The position numbers and the translations under genes are program-made. A stretch of 44,220 nucleotides of DNA from Thermodesulfobacteriota bacterium (GTDB lineage Bacteria > Desulfobacterota > GWC2-55-46 > S146-70 > JAUXIU01), in assembly GCA_046753505.1 (NCBI GenBank), contig JBHHTR010000002.1:1-44220 (forward strand), written 5' to 3'. The notes under the pieces were generated by a model. That model saw nothing but the letters and a program-made list of their open reading frames with translations, made no database searches and was not told the origin of the DNA. Positions 33,026-44,220 of this stretch are shown here, in pieces (the first letter of the stretch is position 1; the number at the start of each line of letters is the position of its first letter).

Positions 33026-36000
33026 ATGGATAACAATATACTCCAGATGGCTGAAGAGAGAGGGATCGCAACCCTGTCTGCCCTCGGATTTGAGGATGGA
33101 AGGCGGGCCTTCCAAAATCTCACCGCCCTTGGCGCCTCCCCTCTGAGGGCCGGTCTCCCCCTCTTTGTAAAGCTCGCTCTAAATTCCCCTTCCCCAGACG
33201 ACGCGCTCAATAACCTGGAGAGGATTGCATCGACCCTTTCGCCTGACTCTGCCTCATCAATCGTAGACCATGAGGAAAGTCTCATCCAGCTCATCACCCT
33301 CTGCGGCTCTTCACAGATGTTGACAACCATCATCGCCAGAGAGCCTGCATTCCTCAACGAGCTCCTTGTCAACAGGCAGATTGAGGTAGAGAAGGGGGTT
33401 GTAATTTTCACGGAGGAGCTCGGTAGCTGGATAGGGGAGTGTAGAGAGAAGGTGGAGGCAGCCCGCCTGCTGAGACGGTATCGGCATCAGGAGTATCTCC
33501 GCATAGGGGCCAGAGACCTTCTCGACCTCGCGCCGCTCAAGGAGACGACGGCTGAACTCTCCGGCCTCGCATCGGCCTCACTGGAGGTGGCCACCAACTT
33601 CTGTCTCAGAGAACTGAAGGAAAAACACGGCGCCCCCCTTCAGGAGGACGACAGCGGCAGCACGTCAGAGGCTCAATTTGTTGTTATGGGAATGGGGAAG
33701 CTGGGAGGTGGAGAGCTCAACTTTAACTCTGATATCGATATCATCTACCTCTACTCATCCGACCGGGGAGCAACATCAGGCTCCGATGGTCATGGCGTCC
33801 GCTCTATTGATCTCCACACCTTCTTTGTCCGCCTCTCCGAAATGGTGACTAAAATGGTGGGCGCGATCACAGAGGACGGTTGTGTCTTCAGGGTCGATCT
33901 CGACCTGCGACCGGAAGGGACAAGGGGACCCATTACTAACTCTCTCAGGAGCGCCGAGATATATTACGAATCGTGGGGCCAGAGCTGGGAGAGGGCGGCC
34001 ATGATCAAGGCCCGCCCGGTAGCGGGGAGTACCGCCCTGGGAGAGAAGTTCCTTGCGATGATCGAGCCCTTTGTCTACCGGAGACATCTCGACTTTACCG
34101 CCATCGAAGAGATAAGGGCGATGAAGGAGAGGATCGACCTCAGCCTTCTGCGTAAGGGGAGGGAGTGGGCCAATGTCAAGCTGGGGAGGGGGGGCATACG
34201 GGAGATCGAGTTTTTCATCCAGGCCCTCCAACTTATCCACGGAGGGAAGGATCGCCTGATCCGCCTGAAGAGCTCTCTCGATACGATCAGGACCCTTGCA
34301 GAGAGGGAGTATATCGAGGGCAAGGATGCAGTGACCCTTACCGAGTCGTACATATTCCTGAGAAACCTTGAGCACAGGATTCAGATTGTTGAGGGGAGGC
34401 AGAGCCACACCATTCCAGAGGAAGGGAGAGAGGTTCAACGCCTAGCAAAGATGATGGGCTTTCTTGACAAGGCCGAGCGGAAGGCCGATGAAGCGCTTAT
34501 GAAGCAGTATGGTAAGGTTACCGGTCAGGTTCATGAGACCTTTGAGAATCTCTTCTACCAATCCTCTCGAACCATTACCGATGAGATCCCCGACGACACT
34601 TGCCTCCTCTTCTCTCCCGATATGGAAGAGGTGGAGGGGATTGAGCGCCTCGGCGCCCTCGGCTTCCAAGAGCCGGGCCGTGGTTGGGAGGGGGTGAAGC
34701 TTCTCAGAGACGCACCCCCCTTTGCCCACCTCTCACCGCGGGCTCACCTCCTTCTCGGCACGATAGGCCCCTTCCTTCTCTATCGGGCCGAAAAATCTCC
34801 CGACCCCGACCGAGCGCTGGATCATATCGGAGAGTTTCTCGCCGCCATCGGCGGGCGGGACGGCTTCTATTCACTCCTCGCCGAGAACAGGGCAGTTATG
34901 CTCCTCCTCGTCAAGATATTCAGTACAAGCCTCTTCCTCTCCCGAGCCTTCATAGAACACCCGGAGAATATCGAGATACTCTTTTCACGTGAACTCAACA
35001 GGCCGGAGAAGAGTTTTAGTGAGCTCTACCAGGAGCTCGATTCCGCCATACGGGATTGTAGGGATTTCGAGGAGTCTCTTGATGTAATCAGGCGCTTTTG
35101 CACAGGAGAGGTTATACGCATAGGGATTAATGATCTCTCCGGGACAATCGACCCCGTAACGGTATCGGAGCAGCTCTCCACCCTTGCCGATGTCGCTCTG
35201 AAAAAGGCATACGAGCTGGCATGGAAGACCGTAACGGAGAGGTTCGGTAGGCCGACGGCCCCCCGCTTTACCATCATTGCACTTGGGAAGCTCGGGGGCC
35301 ATGAACTAAGGTACTCATCCGATCTCGATATCATCTTTATCAATGATTCGGCGGGTGAAGAGACTGACGGCCCACGGGTGGTATCGTCTCGCGAGTTTTT
35401 CGCCAAGGTGGCCCAACAGATAATTACCATCCTCTCTACTCCAACCAGAGAGGGGATAGCCTTCAAGGTCGATACCCGGCTCAGACCATCAGGAAACGCC
35501 GGCCCTCTCGTAACGACCAGTATGGCCCTTCTACGCTACCACCGTGAAGTTGCGGAGGTGTGGGAGAGACAGCCCATGACCAAGGCCCGCTTTGTCTGCG
35601 GCAGTGAGGAGCTGGGAATGGAAACACTGGAGGAGCTTCACCATATCGTCTTCTCCCGTGGTGCGGATAGCAAAGATATTGCTGAACTCTATCGTATAAG
35701 GGAACGGATGGAGAGAGAGATAGCAAGAGAGACGCCCGACAGGCTCAACATCAAGACAGGCTACGGCGGAATGGTCGATATCGAGTTCCTTGTCCAGACC
35801 CTGCAACTCCAGCAAGGGGGCGACACACCCTCTTTAATAACACCAAATACACTGGAGGGCATCGAAAAGATCCGGGAGGGCGGGGCGCTGGCAGCAGAGA
35901 TTTGCACTACTCTAAGCGAGAACTACACCTTCTACATGCTCATGGAAAACAGGCTTAGAATACTCCACAATAACGCTGAGGGAGAATTGAGAAGAGGGAG

Positions 36001-36136
36001 TCGAACGCTCCATACCCTTGCGCGGGCACTCGGCTATGTGGGAGAGAAGCCATCGGAGAGGCTTCTGGAAGAGTATACGAAGAGAACGAGAACGGTACGG
36101 GATATATATATGCAATTCATGGAGGGCAATCAGTAG
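33026..36136 (+). CDS. glnE: Bifunctional glutamine synthetase adenylyltransferase/adenylyl-removing enzyme
   Basis: 1036 aa with two nucleotidyltransferase modules (GMGKLGGGELNFNSDIDIIYLY and ALGKLGGHELRYSSDLDIIFI). Each is followed by a GlnE helical domain. Confidence 0.92.
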   Translation: MDNNILQMAEERGIATLSALGFEDGRRAFQNLTALGASPLRAGLPLFVKLALNSPSPDDALNNLERIASTLSPDSASSIVDHEESLIQLITLCGSSQMLTTIIAREPAFLNELLVNRQIEVEKGVVIFTEELGSWIGECREKVEAARLLRRYRHQEYLRIGARDLLDLAPLKETTAELSGLASASLEVATNFCLRELKEKHGAPLQEDDSGSTSEAQFVVMGMGKLGGGELNFNSDIDIIYLYSSDRGATSGSDGHGVRSIDLHTFFVRLSEMVTKMVGAITEDGCVFRVDLDLRPEGTRGPITNSLRSAEIYYESWGQSWERAAMIKARPVAGSTALGEKFLAMIEPFVYRRHLDFTAIEEIRAMKERIDLSLLRKGREWANVKLGRGGIREIEFFIQALQLIHGGKDRLIRLKSSLDTIRTLAEREYIEGKDAVTLTESYIFLRNLEHRIQIVEGRQSHTIPEEGREVQRLAKMMGFLDKAERKADEALMKQYGKVTGQVHETFENLFYQSSRTITDEIPDDTCLLFSPDMEEVEGIERLGALGFQEPGRGWEGVKLLRDAPPFAHLSPRAHLLLGTIGPFLLYRAEKSPDPDRALDHIGEFLAAIGGRDGFYSLLAENRAVMLLLVKIFSTSLFLSRAFIEHPENIEILFSRELNRPEKSFSELYQELDSAIRDCRDFEESLDVIRRFCTGEVIRIGINDLSGTIDPVTVSEQLSTLADVALKKAYELAWKTVTERFGRPTAPRFTIIALGKLGGHELRYSSDLDIIFINDSAGEETDGPRVVSSREFFAKVAQQIITILSTPTREGIAFKVDTRLRPSGNAGPLVTTSMALLRYHREVAEVWERQPMTKARFVCGSEELGMETLEELHHIVFSRGADSKDIAELYRIRERMEREIARETPDRLNIKTGYGGMVDIEFLVQTLQLQQGGDTPSLITPNTLEGIEKIREGGALAAEICTTLSENYTFYMLMENRLRILHNNAEGELRRGSRTLHTLARALGYVGEKPSERLLEEYTKRTRTVRDIYMQFMEGNQ

Positions 36137-36534
36137 GATATCCACAGCCTGGAATCTTCTCAACATATTATTAAACGCCTTCCCACCGGCTGAGCCGAAA
36201 CGACAGCCGTGAGCCGGATAGAGGGAGCTATAAGTGGACGATAAACTCTATACTATTGATTAATAAATGAGCACAAACATATAGATATCTACTTTCATAC
36301 AATGCTGATATTGCTGACCTTTTATTCACTTGCGGTCAGAGTGTTTTTAATTTATCGACCACCCTCTTTTTCATAAAAAAGGGTAAAATAACACTTGAAA
36401 TCTACCACCCCCTCTGATACATTGACGGTCACCCGGGGTTGAATTATATCAACACCTGTTGATAACCTCGTGGATATCTTCCGCCCATTTTTGCGGCAAA
36501 TGTTACCCACTATCTAACAATAAAATGTGCTGCT
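36137..36534. other. Probable oriC / dnaA upstream control region (DnaA-box-like 9-mers plus an AT-rich stretch)
   Basis: Box-like sites: aTATCCACA at 36138-36146; TGTTGATAA at 36457-36465 (reverse complement TTATCAACA); CGTGGATAT at 36469-36477; and weaker ones at 36322-36330 and 36352-36360. An AT-rich block lies at about 36241-36300. The region is immediately 5' of dnaA. Confidence 0.5.
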
Positions 36535-37875
36535 ATGAACGCTGAAACTGTATGGAACAGCTGTATTGAGGATCTTGGGAAACAGATGAGTTCCCAACTG
36601 TTCTCTACCTGGTTCAGACCTATCACCTTTATTGCTGGAAACGAAACATCTATAGAGCTGGAAGTACCAAACAGGTTCTTTCTGGAGTGGATACAGGAAC
36701 ACTACCTCTCTCTCATTACAGGAGCCATACAGAACAGGGCTAACCGACCCTACTCCCTCAACTGGAGGGTAAGCAGCGGGAGGAGCACAATTACCGTAAA
36801 AGCGGAAGCCCCTGTAAAAAAAGCAAAAGCGAAAACTACTGTTCCCAAAAACGGCCTTAACCCTAAATATACCTTTGACAATTTTGTTATCGGCAAGGGG
36901 AACGAGTTTGCCCATGCTGCCTGTTCCGCCGTTGCAAATCACCTCTCCAGTAAATATAATCCACTCTTCATCTACGGTGGTGTCGGCCTTGGCAAGACCC
37001 ACCTTTTACAGGCAATAGGGCAGAGGGCTCTTCAAAAACTAAATACCGCCACCGTATGCTACTACACCTCTGAGGGGTTCATGAACGAATTTATCAACTT
37101 TGTGAGCCGTGACAAGATGTCGGATTTCAGAAAGAAATTCAGGAATGCCGACCTCCTTCTCATTGATGATATACAGTTCTGGGGCGGCAAAGAGAGGACA
37201 CAGGAAGAGTTTTTCCACACCTTTAACACGCTCTATGAGTCGCATAAACAGATTGTGGTGACAAGTGACCGTTTTCCAAAGGAGATTGACGGCATTGAAG
37301 AACGCCTTCGCAGTCGTTTTGAGTGGGGGTTGGTTGCGGATATCCAGCCACCCGACACAGAGACAAAGATGGCAATACTGAATAAAAAGGCCGACATGGA
37401 GAATATTCACCTCCCTGATGATGTTACCCATTTTCTTGCCTCTCTGAACACATCCAATATACGGGCCCTCGAGGGGTATCTTATTAGAGTAGGAGCTGTC
37501 TCCTCACTAACAGGGCAGGAGATAAGCGTTACAATGGCGGAAGAGGCGCTCAAGCATATTGCCTCCGACATGATGTCGAATAAACCGCTGACTATCGAAG
37601 ATGTTCAAAAGATGGTAGCCTCGTTCTTTAATATTAAGGTATCGGACCTGAAGTCAAAAAGGAGGCTTAAGGCTATTGCCCTGCCTCGGCAGGTTGCCAT
37701 GTACCTTTCCAGGGAGTACGGCAAGGTTTCATATCCTGAGATTGGAGCATCATTCGGAGGCAAAGATCACTCAACCGTCATACACGCCTATAAAAAGATC
37801 GCAAAGGAGTTAAAAGAAAAACCGGAAACAAAGAGGATAGTTTTCAACCTGAAAAAGCTGTTAAAAATATGTTGA
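36535..37875 (+). CDS. dnaA: Chromosomal replication initiator DnaA
   Basis: 446 aa with the Walker A motif GGVGLGKTHLL, the LLIDDIQF box, sensor motifs and the C-terminal DNA-binding signature RQVAMYLSRE...GGKDHSTVIHA. Confidence 0.95.
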   Translation: MNAETVWNSCIEDLGKQMSSQLFSTWFRPITFIAGNETSIELEVPNRFFLEWIQEHYLSLITGAIQNRANRPYSLNWRVSSGRSTITVKAEAPVKKAKAKTTVPKNGLNPKYTFDNFVIGKGNEFAHAACSAVANHLSSKYNPLFIYGGVGLGKTHLLQAIGQRALQKLNTATVCYYTSEGFMNEFINFVSRDKMSDFRKKFRNADLLLIDDIQFWGGKERTQEEFFHTFNTLYESHKQIVVTSDRFPKEIDGIEERLRSRFEWGLVADIQPPDTETKMAILNKKADMENIHLPDDVTHFLASLNTSNIRALEGYLIRVGAVSSLTGQEISVTMAEEALKHIASDMMSNKPLTIEDVQKMVASFFNIKVSDLKSKRRLKAIALPRQVAMYLSREYGKVSYPEIGASFGGKDHSTVIHAYKKIAKELKEKPETKRIVFNLKKLLKIC

Positions 37876-38081
37876 TTACTATGGACAACTCGTGCACTAC
37901 TATACCGGCGCTATCTTAAATCACAATATGTTCAAAACATCCATTAAGATATACACAGGTTTTGTGCTGTTCTTTTGTCCGGTCTTTCAATGGGTTATAT
38001 CGTTTATTCACTTATCAACAGCCCCTACTACTTTATCCTACTATAATATATAAAGAATAATAAGACATGGAGGAAAAAGAG

Positions 38082-39182
38082 ATGAAGTGTACAGTTGAAA
38101 AAGGAAATTTACTCAAAGTTCTTCAGAGAGTTCAGGGAATTGTAGAGAAGAGAAATACAATGCCCATCCTCTCTAACATTTTTTTGGAGGCAAAAGCAGG
38201 TCGTATTGAGGTATACGCTACTGATCTTGAAATCTTTTTAAAAGAGAGTTGTGATGCCTCTGTGGAAGAGGAGGGGACAATAACAGTAAATGCCCGCAAG
38301 GTCTTTGAGATAATTAAAGAGATGACAGATGACGATGTAAGCATCTCCGTTGGTGAAGGTGGCAGGGTTGATATAAGAGGTGGTAACGCACTCTTTAAGA
38401 TAGTTGGCCTCCCCGTTGACGAATTTCCCTCCTTTCCGGTCATTGATGATGCCTACCTTGCAAGAATATCGCCGGAACAACTTCTGGATATGGTGGAAAA
38501 GACCTACTTTGCGGCATCAACAGACGAAACGAGATACAACATCAATGGAGTTTTTCTTGAAAGAGTGAATGGAACACTGAAGATGACCGCCACTGATGGC
38601 CACAGACTTGCGCTCATCGAGAAGAGCAGTGAGGAGCTTCCAACCCTCTCAGGTGGCGTTATCCTGCCAAGAAAAGGAGTTGTAGAGTTACGAAAGCTCT
38701 TTGAGGAGAGAGAGGGAACCTTCCAACTAGGTTTCACAAAGACCTACTGTATAGTTAAGAGAGACAATGCCCTTCTTGTGGTTAAGCTCATTGATGGAGA
38801 CTTTCCGGATTACCGGCAGGTTCTACCGGTTGGTAACGACAAGATTGTTGTTGCTGACAGGAAGGCCCTCTTCTCATCCCTGAAGAGGGTCTCCATCCTC
38901 TCTGCCGAGAGGGTAAAGGGGGTAAAATTTATGCTATCAACGGAGAAAATAGATCTCTCTTCAAGCTCTCCTGAAATAGGAGAGGCCAATGAGGCCATTA
39001 CTGTTGAATATGAGGGAGAAGAGTTAGAGATTGGTTTCAACGCACGCTATATAATTGATGTCCTTGAAGTTATTGATAGTGAGAAGGTAAGGCTGGAGTT
39101 AAAAGGAGAGCTCGATTCAGGCATTATCACCCCCATAGAGAGCGAGGGGTACACATATGTTATTATGCCTATGCGGATTTAA
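38082..39182 (+). CDS. dnaN: DNA polymerase III beta sliding clamp
   Basis: MKCTVEKGNLLKVLQRVQGIVEKRNTMPILSNIFLEA... has three-domain clamp length and pattern. GGAGG lies 9 nt upstream of the ATG at 38082; the track starts at 38067. Confidence 0.92.
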   Translation: MKCTVEKGNLLKVLQRVQGIVEKRNTMPILSNIFLEAKAGRIEVYATDLEIFLKESCDASVEEEGTITVNARKVFEIIKEMTDDDVSISVGEGGRVDIRGGNALFKIVGLPVDEFPSFPVIDDAYLARISPEQLLDMVEKTYFAASTDETRYNINGVFLERVNGTLKMTATDGHRLALIEKSSEELPTLSGGVILPRKGVVELRKLFEEREGTFQLGFTKTYCIVKRDNALLVVKLIDGDFPDYRQVLPVGNDKIVVADRKALFSSLKRVSILSAERVKGVKFMLSTEKIDLSSSSPEIGEANEAITVEYEGEELEIGFNARYIIDVLEVIDSEKVRLELKGELDSGIITPIESEGYTYVIMPMRI

Positions 39183-41693
<2,511 letters not shown>

Positions 41694-41732
41694 CACGCAA
41701 AAAACCAGACAAACAATGGATGGCCTGATATA

Positions 41733-41805
41733 CCCCGCATTATTCATATCCCGTATTATTCACAAATGTGCTCGAGTCCTACCTTGATATTGAATCCACC
41801 AGGGC
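41733..41805. repeat. Partial or rearranged family-2 MITE-like copy with two tandem end motifs
   Basis: ccccgcattattcat is directly followed by atcccgtattattcacaaatgtgctcgag...ttgaatccaccaggg. This matches both end types and the ttggatttaccagg core of the other copies. No opposite end was found. Confidence 0.55.
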
Positions 41806-41968
41806 ATTAGTTTGAACTTAGACATGACGCCATCAACAATTTGGGGCGCCATAACTTTATAGACATTGATGGGAAAATAGATTAGCATTAAAGACTTGTC
41901 TAATTGTTCCGATATATTCAGGTGCTTGGCAGGTGTTGGTTTCCTTAGTATGAAAGGTTGTTAGAAGA

Positions 41969-42928
41969 ATGAAAAAGAGCAGGTTATTTATTTCAGGGAT
42001 TATTGTGGTGATGCTCATCGGTGTCGGCCTCTTGCTGTTCAGCGGAGGGAGTGGCGCAACCGCCCACGAATCTGCAATGGATGATGTTGTGCTGACGAGG
42101 GTTTCAGCGTCAAAGGCCGCCCATCTTGAGGCGCAGTTTACGCGCTATAATTATGACTGGCCTCCCTCTGCCACCGCCGTAGTGCCCCTTCTGGAGATTG
42201 CCGCATTTCCAGGCGACCTTAATGATCAGGTGGTGAAAGTGAAGAAGTCTCTCTTCTTTCGCGCCATGCTCCCTCTTATTCTTGCCGAGAATCATCGAAT
42301 CGAGATGAAGCACAGATGGCTTGAGGCGCAGTTTGCCGGTGGCGATATCCTTCCAGGGACGACTGAGTGGGGTGCCATCCATCAGGTTGCGTCGTACTAC
42401 CGTGTGAAAGGCAATATCAACGATGCCGGTGTGCGCCGTGAATTGCTCAGCCGTGTTGACTCTCTACCTGTTGCCATGGTTCTCGCCCAGGCGGCTCAGG
42501 AGAGTGGGTGGGGAACCTCACGTTTTGCTCGGGAGGGGAACAGCCTATTCGGTGAGTGGACCTTCAGGAAGGGTGCTGGCATCACACCCAGCGAACGTCT
42601 TGAAGGCAAGAGCCACACTGTCCGGGCCTTCCCGACTCTCCGCGCCTCTGTCCGCTCCTACATGCGCAACATCAATGTCAGCCGTGCCTACAGGGAGCTG
42701 CGGGTCATGCGTGCGGAGATGCGCAGAACGGACGCACCCTTCAACGCCTACACGTTGGCATCAGGGCTCAAGCGCTATTCCGAGCGTGGTGAGATGTATG
42801 TGCGCGATATTCGGACCATCATAAAAGGCAACGGCCTCGACAGCCTCGGTGAGATTCGAATGATCTCAGGGGGCGGCGGTGAGAAGCCATGGATGGCTGT
42901 ACCAGTAGTATCTCCCGGAACTGTTTGA
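41969..42928 (+). CDS. Bax-like membrane-anchored glucosaminidase-domain protein (peptidoglycan hydrolase family)
   Basis: An N-terminal TM anchor is followed by the glucosaminidase signature VAMVLAQAAQESGWGTSRFAREGNSLFG. Confidence 0.75.
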   Translation: MKKSRLFISGIIVVMLIGVGLLLFSGGSGATAHESAMDDVVLTRVSASKAAHLEAQFTRYNYDWPPSATAVVPLLEIAAFPGDLNDQVVKVKKSLFFRAMLPLILAENHRIEMKHRWLEAQFAGGDILPGTTEWGAIHQVASYYRVKGNINDAGVRRELLSRVDSLPVAMVLAQAAQESGWGTSRFAREGNSLFGEWTFRKGAGITPSERLEGKSHTVRAFPTLRASVRSYMRNINVSRAYRELRVMRAEMRRTDAPFNAYTLASGLKRYSERGEMYVRDIRTIIKGNGLDSLGEIRMISGGGGEKPWMAVPVVSPGTV

Positions 42929-43960
42929 CGGCGCGGTGCAGTTGTAACGGCTCCGCCCTTTGCCGAGAGGCGCTGTCGCCTGTACGGTAAATATCTTCTC
43001 GTCCCGATCTACCCATACAATCTCCCCACGACCCTGACCACTCACGTAACAGGTAAGTTGTCTCAGGTTCACATCACCCTCTCCCTTTTCCAGGGTAAGA
43101 TGCAGGAGTGGCCGCGACCTTCCGGTAAGGAGAGGATTCCACGGCTCCTCCGTCACGACGGGGAGGGGGAGGGTTGCCGCCTTCATCGAAAACTTACGCA
43201 GTGCAGCGTAGGCCTCGGCCATTGGAAAGCGGGGCGCGGCGCGGAGGTCGCTGTGAGAACCTACAGGCCCGGAGTGCTGGCCGAATCCCGCATACCCCAG
43301 CTCTTCCACAATCTTTGCCAGTCTCAGATCGTACTCGCCGTATGGGTAGGCAAAGAGCTTGGGGGCCGAACCTAGTTCGGCCTCAAGGCGTCTCTCCGCC
43401 GTGCTTATCTCCCCCTTAATCCGTTCACGCCACGCCTTCCTGCTTTCACCCTTATCAGGCTGAGCGAGGTGACCGTGGCTGGTACCGTGGTTGGCAAAGT
43501 CTGCACCACCCTTCTTCATCTCCCTCATCTGCCCCCATGTCATCATGCTGGGAAAGAGCTGGTCGATGGGATTGGTAGCAACAAAAACCGTAAAGGGAAA
43601 CCCGTGCGCCTTGAGCAGTGGATAGGCGCGAGTGTAGACCGACTTGAAGGCATCATCGATGGTGATGGCAACGGTTCGATCGGGGATCGTCCTCCCTTCA
43701 CGGAGGTGGGTCACTATACGCTTGAGTGGCCAAACCCGATACCCCCCCTCGTCGAGATGGTTGAGATGGGCCTCAAACTGGTTGAGCCGTATATTGGTGG
43801 CGGGGTAACGCTCTTCACCAAAACGGTGATACATGAAGATGACAGCATGAGATGGTACAGCATAGGCTGGAGCCGCTACCGCCGCGCCAACGACAAGAAA
43901 GAGGAGCACCATCGTAGTTAATATCCTCCTGCTAATAATACCGACTTGCGACTGTGTCAT
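42866..43960 (-). CDS. Polysaccharide deacetylase (NodB homology domain, PgaB-like)
   Basis: A signal peptide is followed by IFMYHRFGE, TIDDAFKSVY and FPFTVFV motifs. The start is set at the ATG at 43960 because GAGGGAGAG lies upstream; the track starts at 43990. Confidence 0.8.
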   Translation of the reverse strand: MTQSQVGIISRRILTTMVLLFLVVGAAVAAPAYAVPSHAVIFMYHRFGEERYPATNIRLNQFEAHLNHLDEGGYRVWPLKRIVTHLREGRTIPDRTVAITIDDAFKSVYTRAYPLLKAHGFPFTVFVATNPIDQLFPSMMTWGQMREMKKGGADFANHGTSHGHLAQPDKGESRKAWRERIKGEISTAERRLEAELGSAPKLFAYPYGEYDLRLAKIVEELGYAGFGQHSGPVGSHSDLRAAPRFPMAEAYAALRKFSMKAATLPLPVVTEEPWNPLLTGRSRPLLHLTLEKGEGDVNLRQLTCYVSGQGRGEIVWVDRDEKIFTVQATAPLGKGRSRYNCTAPSNSSGRYYWYSHPWLLTAAP

Positions 43961-44167
43961 CTTCTCTCCCTCGCTTTTTAGAATATACATCCGGCCACGT
44001 ATTCCCTAGCCATATGGTTTCGGAAAGAGTCTTTGGATGGCCGGGTAACGAGCAGGAGCATAGATGCCAGACCATGTAGCACGTAAACAAGCCAGACGAC
44101 AATTCTCACATCATCAACTATTGCAACCTCAAAAAGTCATCGCTGGTCTGCATTCTAATGCATCCGT

Positions 44168-44220
44168 TTGTGTACGCCCGGCATGGGCGTGAACTAATGG
44201 GGTGTAAGTCCCCTATAGAG
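44168..44220. repeat. Right copy of the window-terminal inverted repeat (53 bp)
   Basis: It is the exact reverse complement of 2..54. Confidence 0.9.

Overview
This window reads as a bacterial chromosomal origin region. It is fairly GC-rich by eye and has several visibly AT-rich accessory inserts. The core is glnE, a DnaA-box/AT-rich spacer, dnaA, dnaN and gyrB on the + strand. To their left sit housekeeping genes (trxA, rpe, tRNA-Pro(CGG), pyrF, rlmB, a HIT protein, hisE, rlmN), mostly on the - strand. Other blocks are:
- a cheA-like kinase followed by larB-larC;
- a sigma-54 enhancer-binding protein;
- a two-gene 2-hydroxyacyl-CoA-dehydratase/activase-like pair;
- a metal/redox cluster at 1285-6580: a polyferredoxin with a His/Met-rich extension, a His-rich secreted protein, two tandem FGE-sulfatase-domain proteins and c-type haems;
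- a RelE/ParE-RHH toxin-antitoxin pair.

No CRISPR array, rRNA, reverse transcriptase, integrase or transposase gene was seen.

The most unusual signals, none tied to a recognisable transposase:
1. A GxxExxY (PD-(D/E)XK-like) gene fills a cassette bounded by 29-bp inverted repeats. The cassette splits the dehydratase-like operon, and two cargo-less copies of the same arm family lie 4 kb away in mutually inverted orientation.
2. A DUF262 + HNH (GmrSD-like) defence gene in an AT-rich island is cut by a single in-frame TAA.
3. A second MITE-like repeat family has four copies, and two of them are flanked by YTAA direct repeats.
4. The window is bounded by a perfect 53-bp inverted repeat.
5. Two near-consensus sigma-70 promoters are placed so that their genes would be essentially leaderless.

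All calls rest on reading the sequence and ORF translations. No database search was run.
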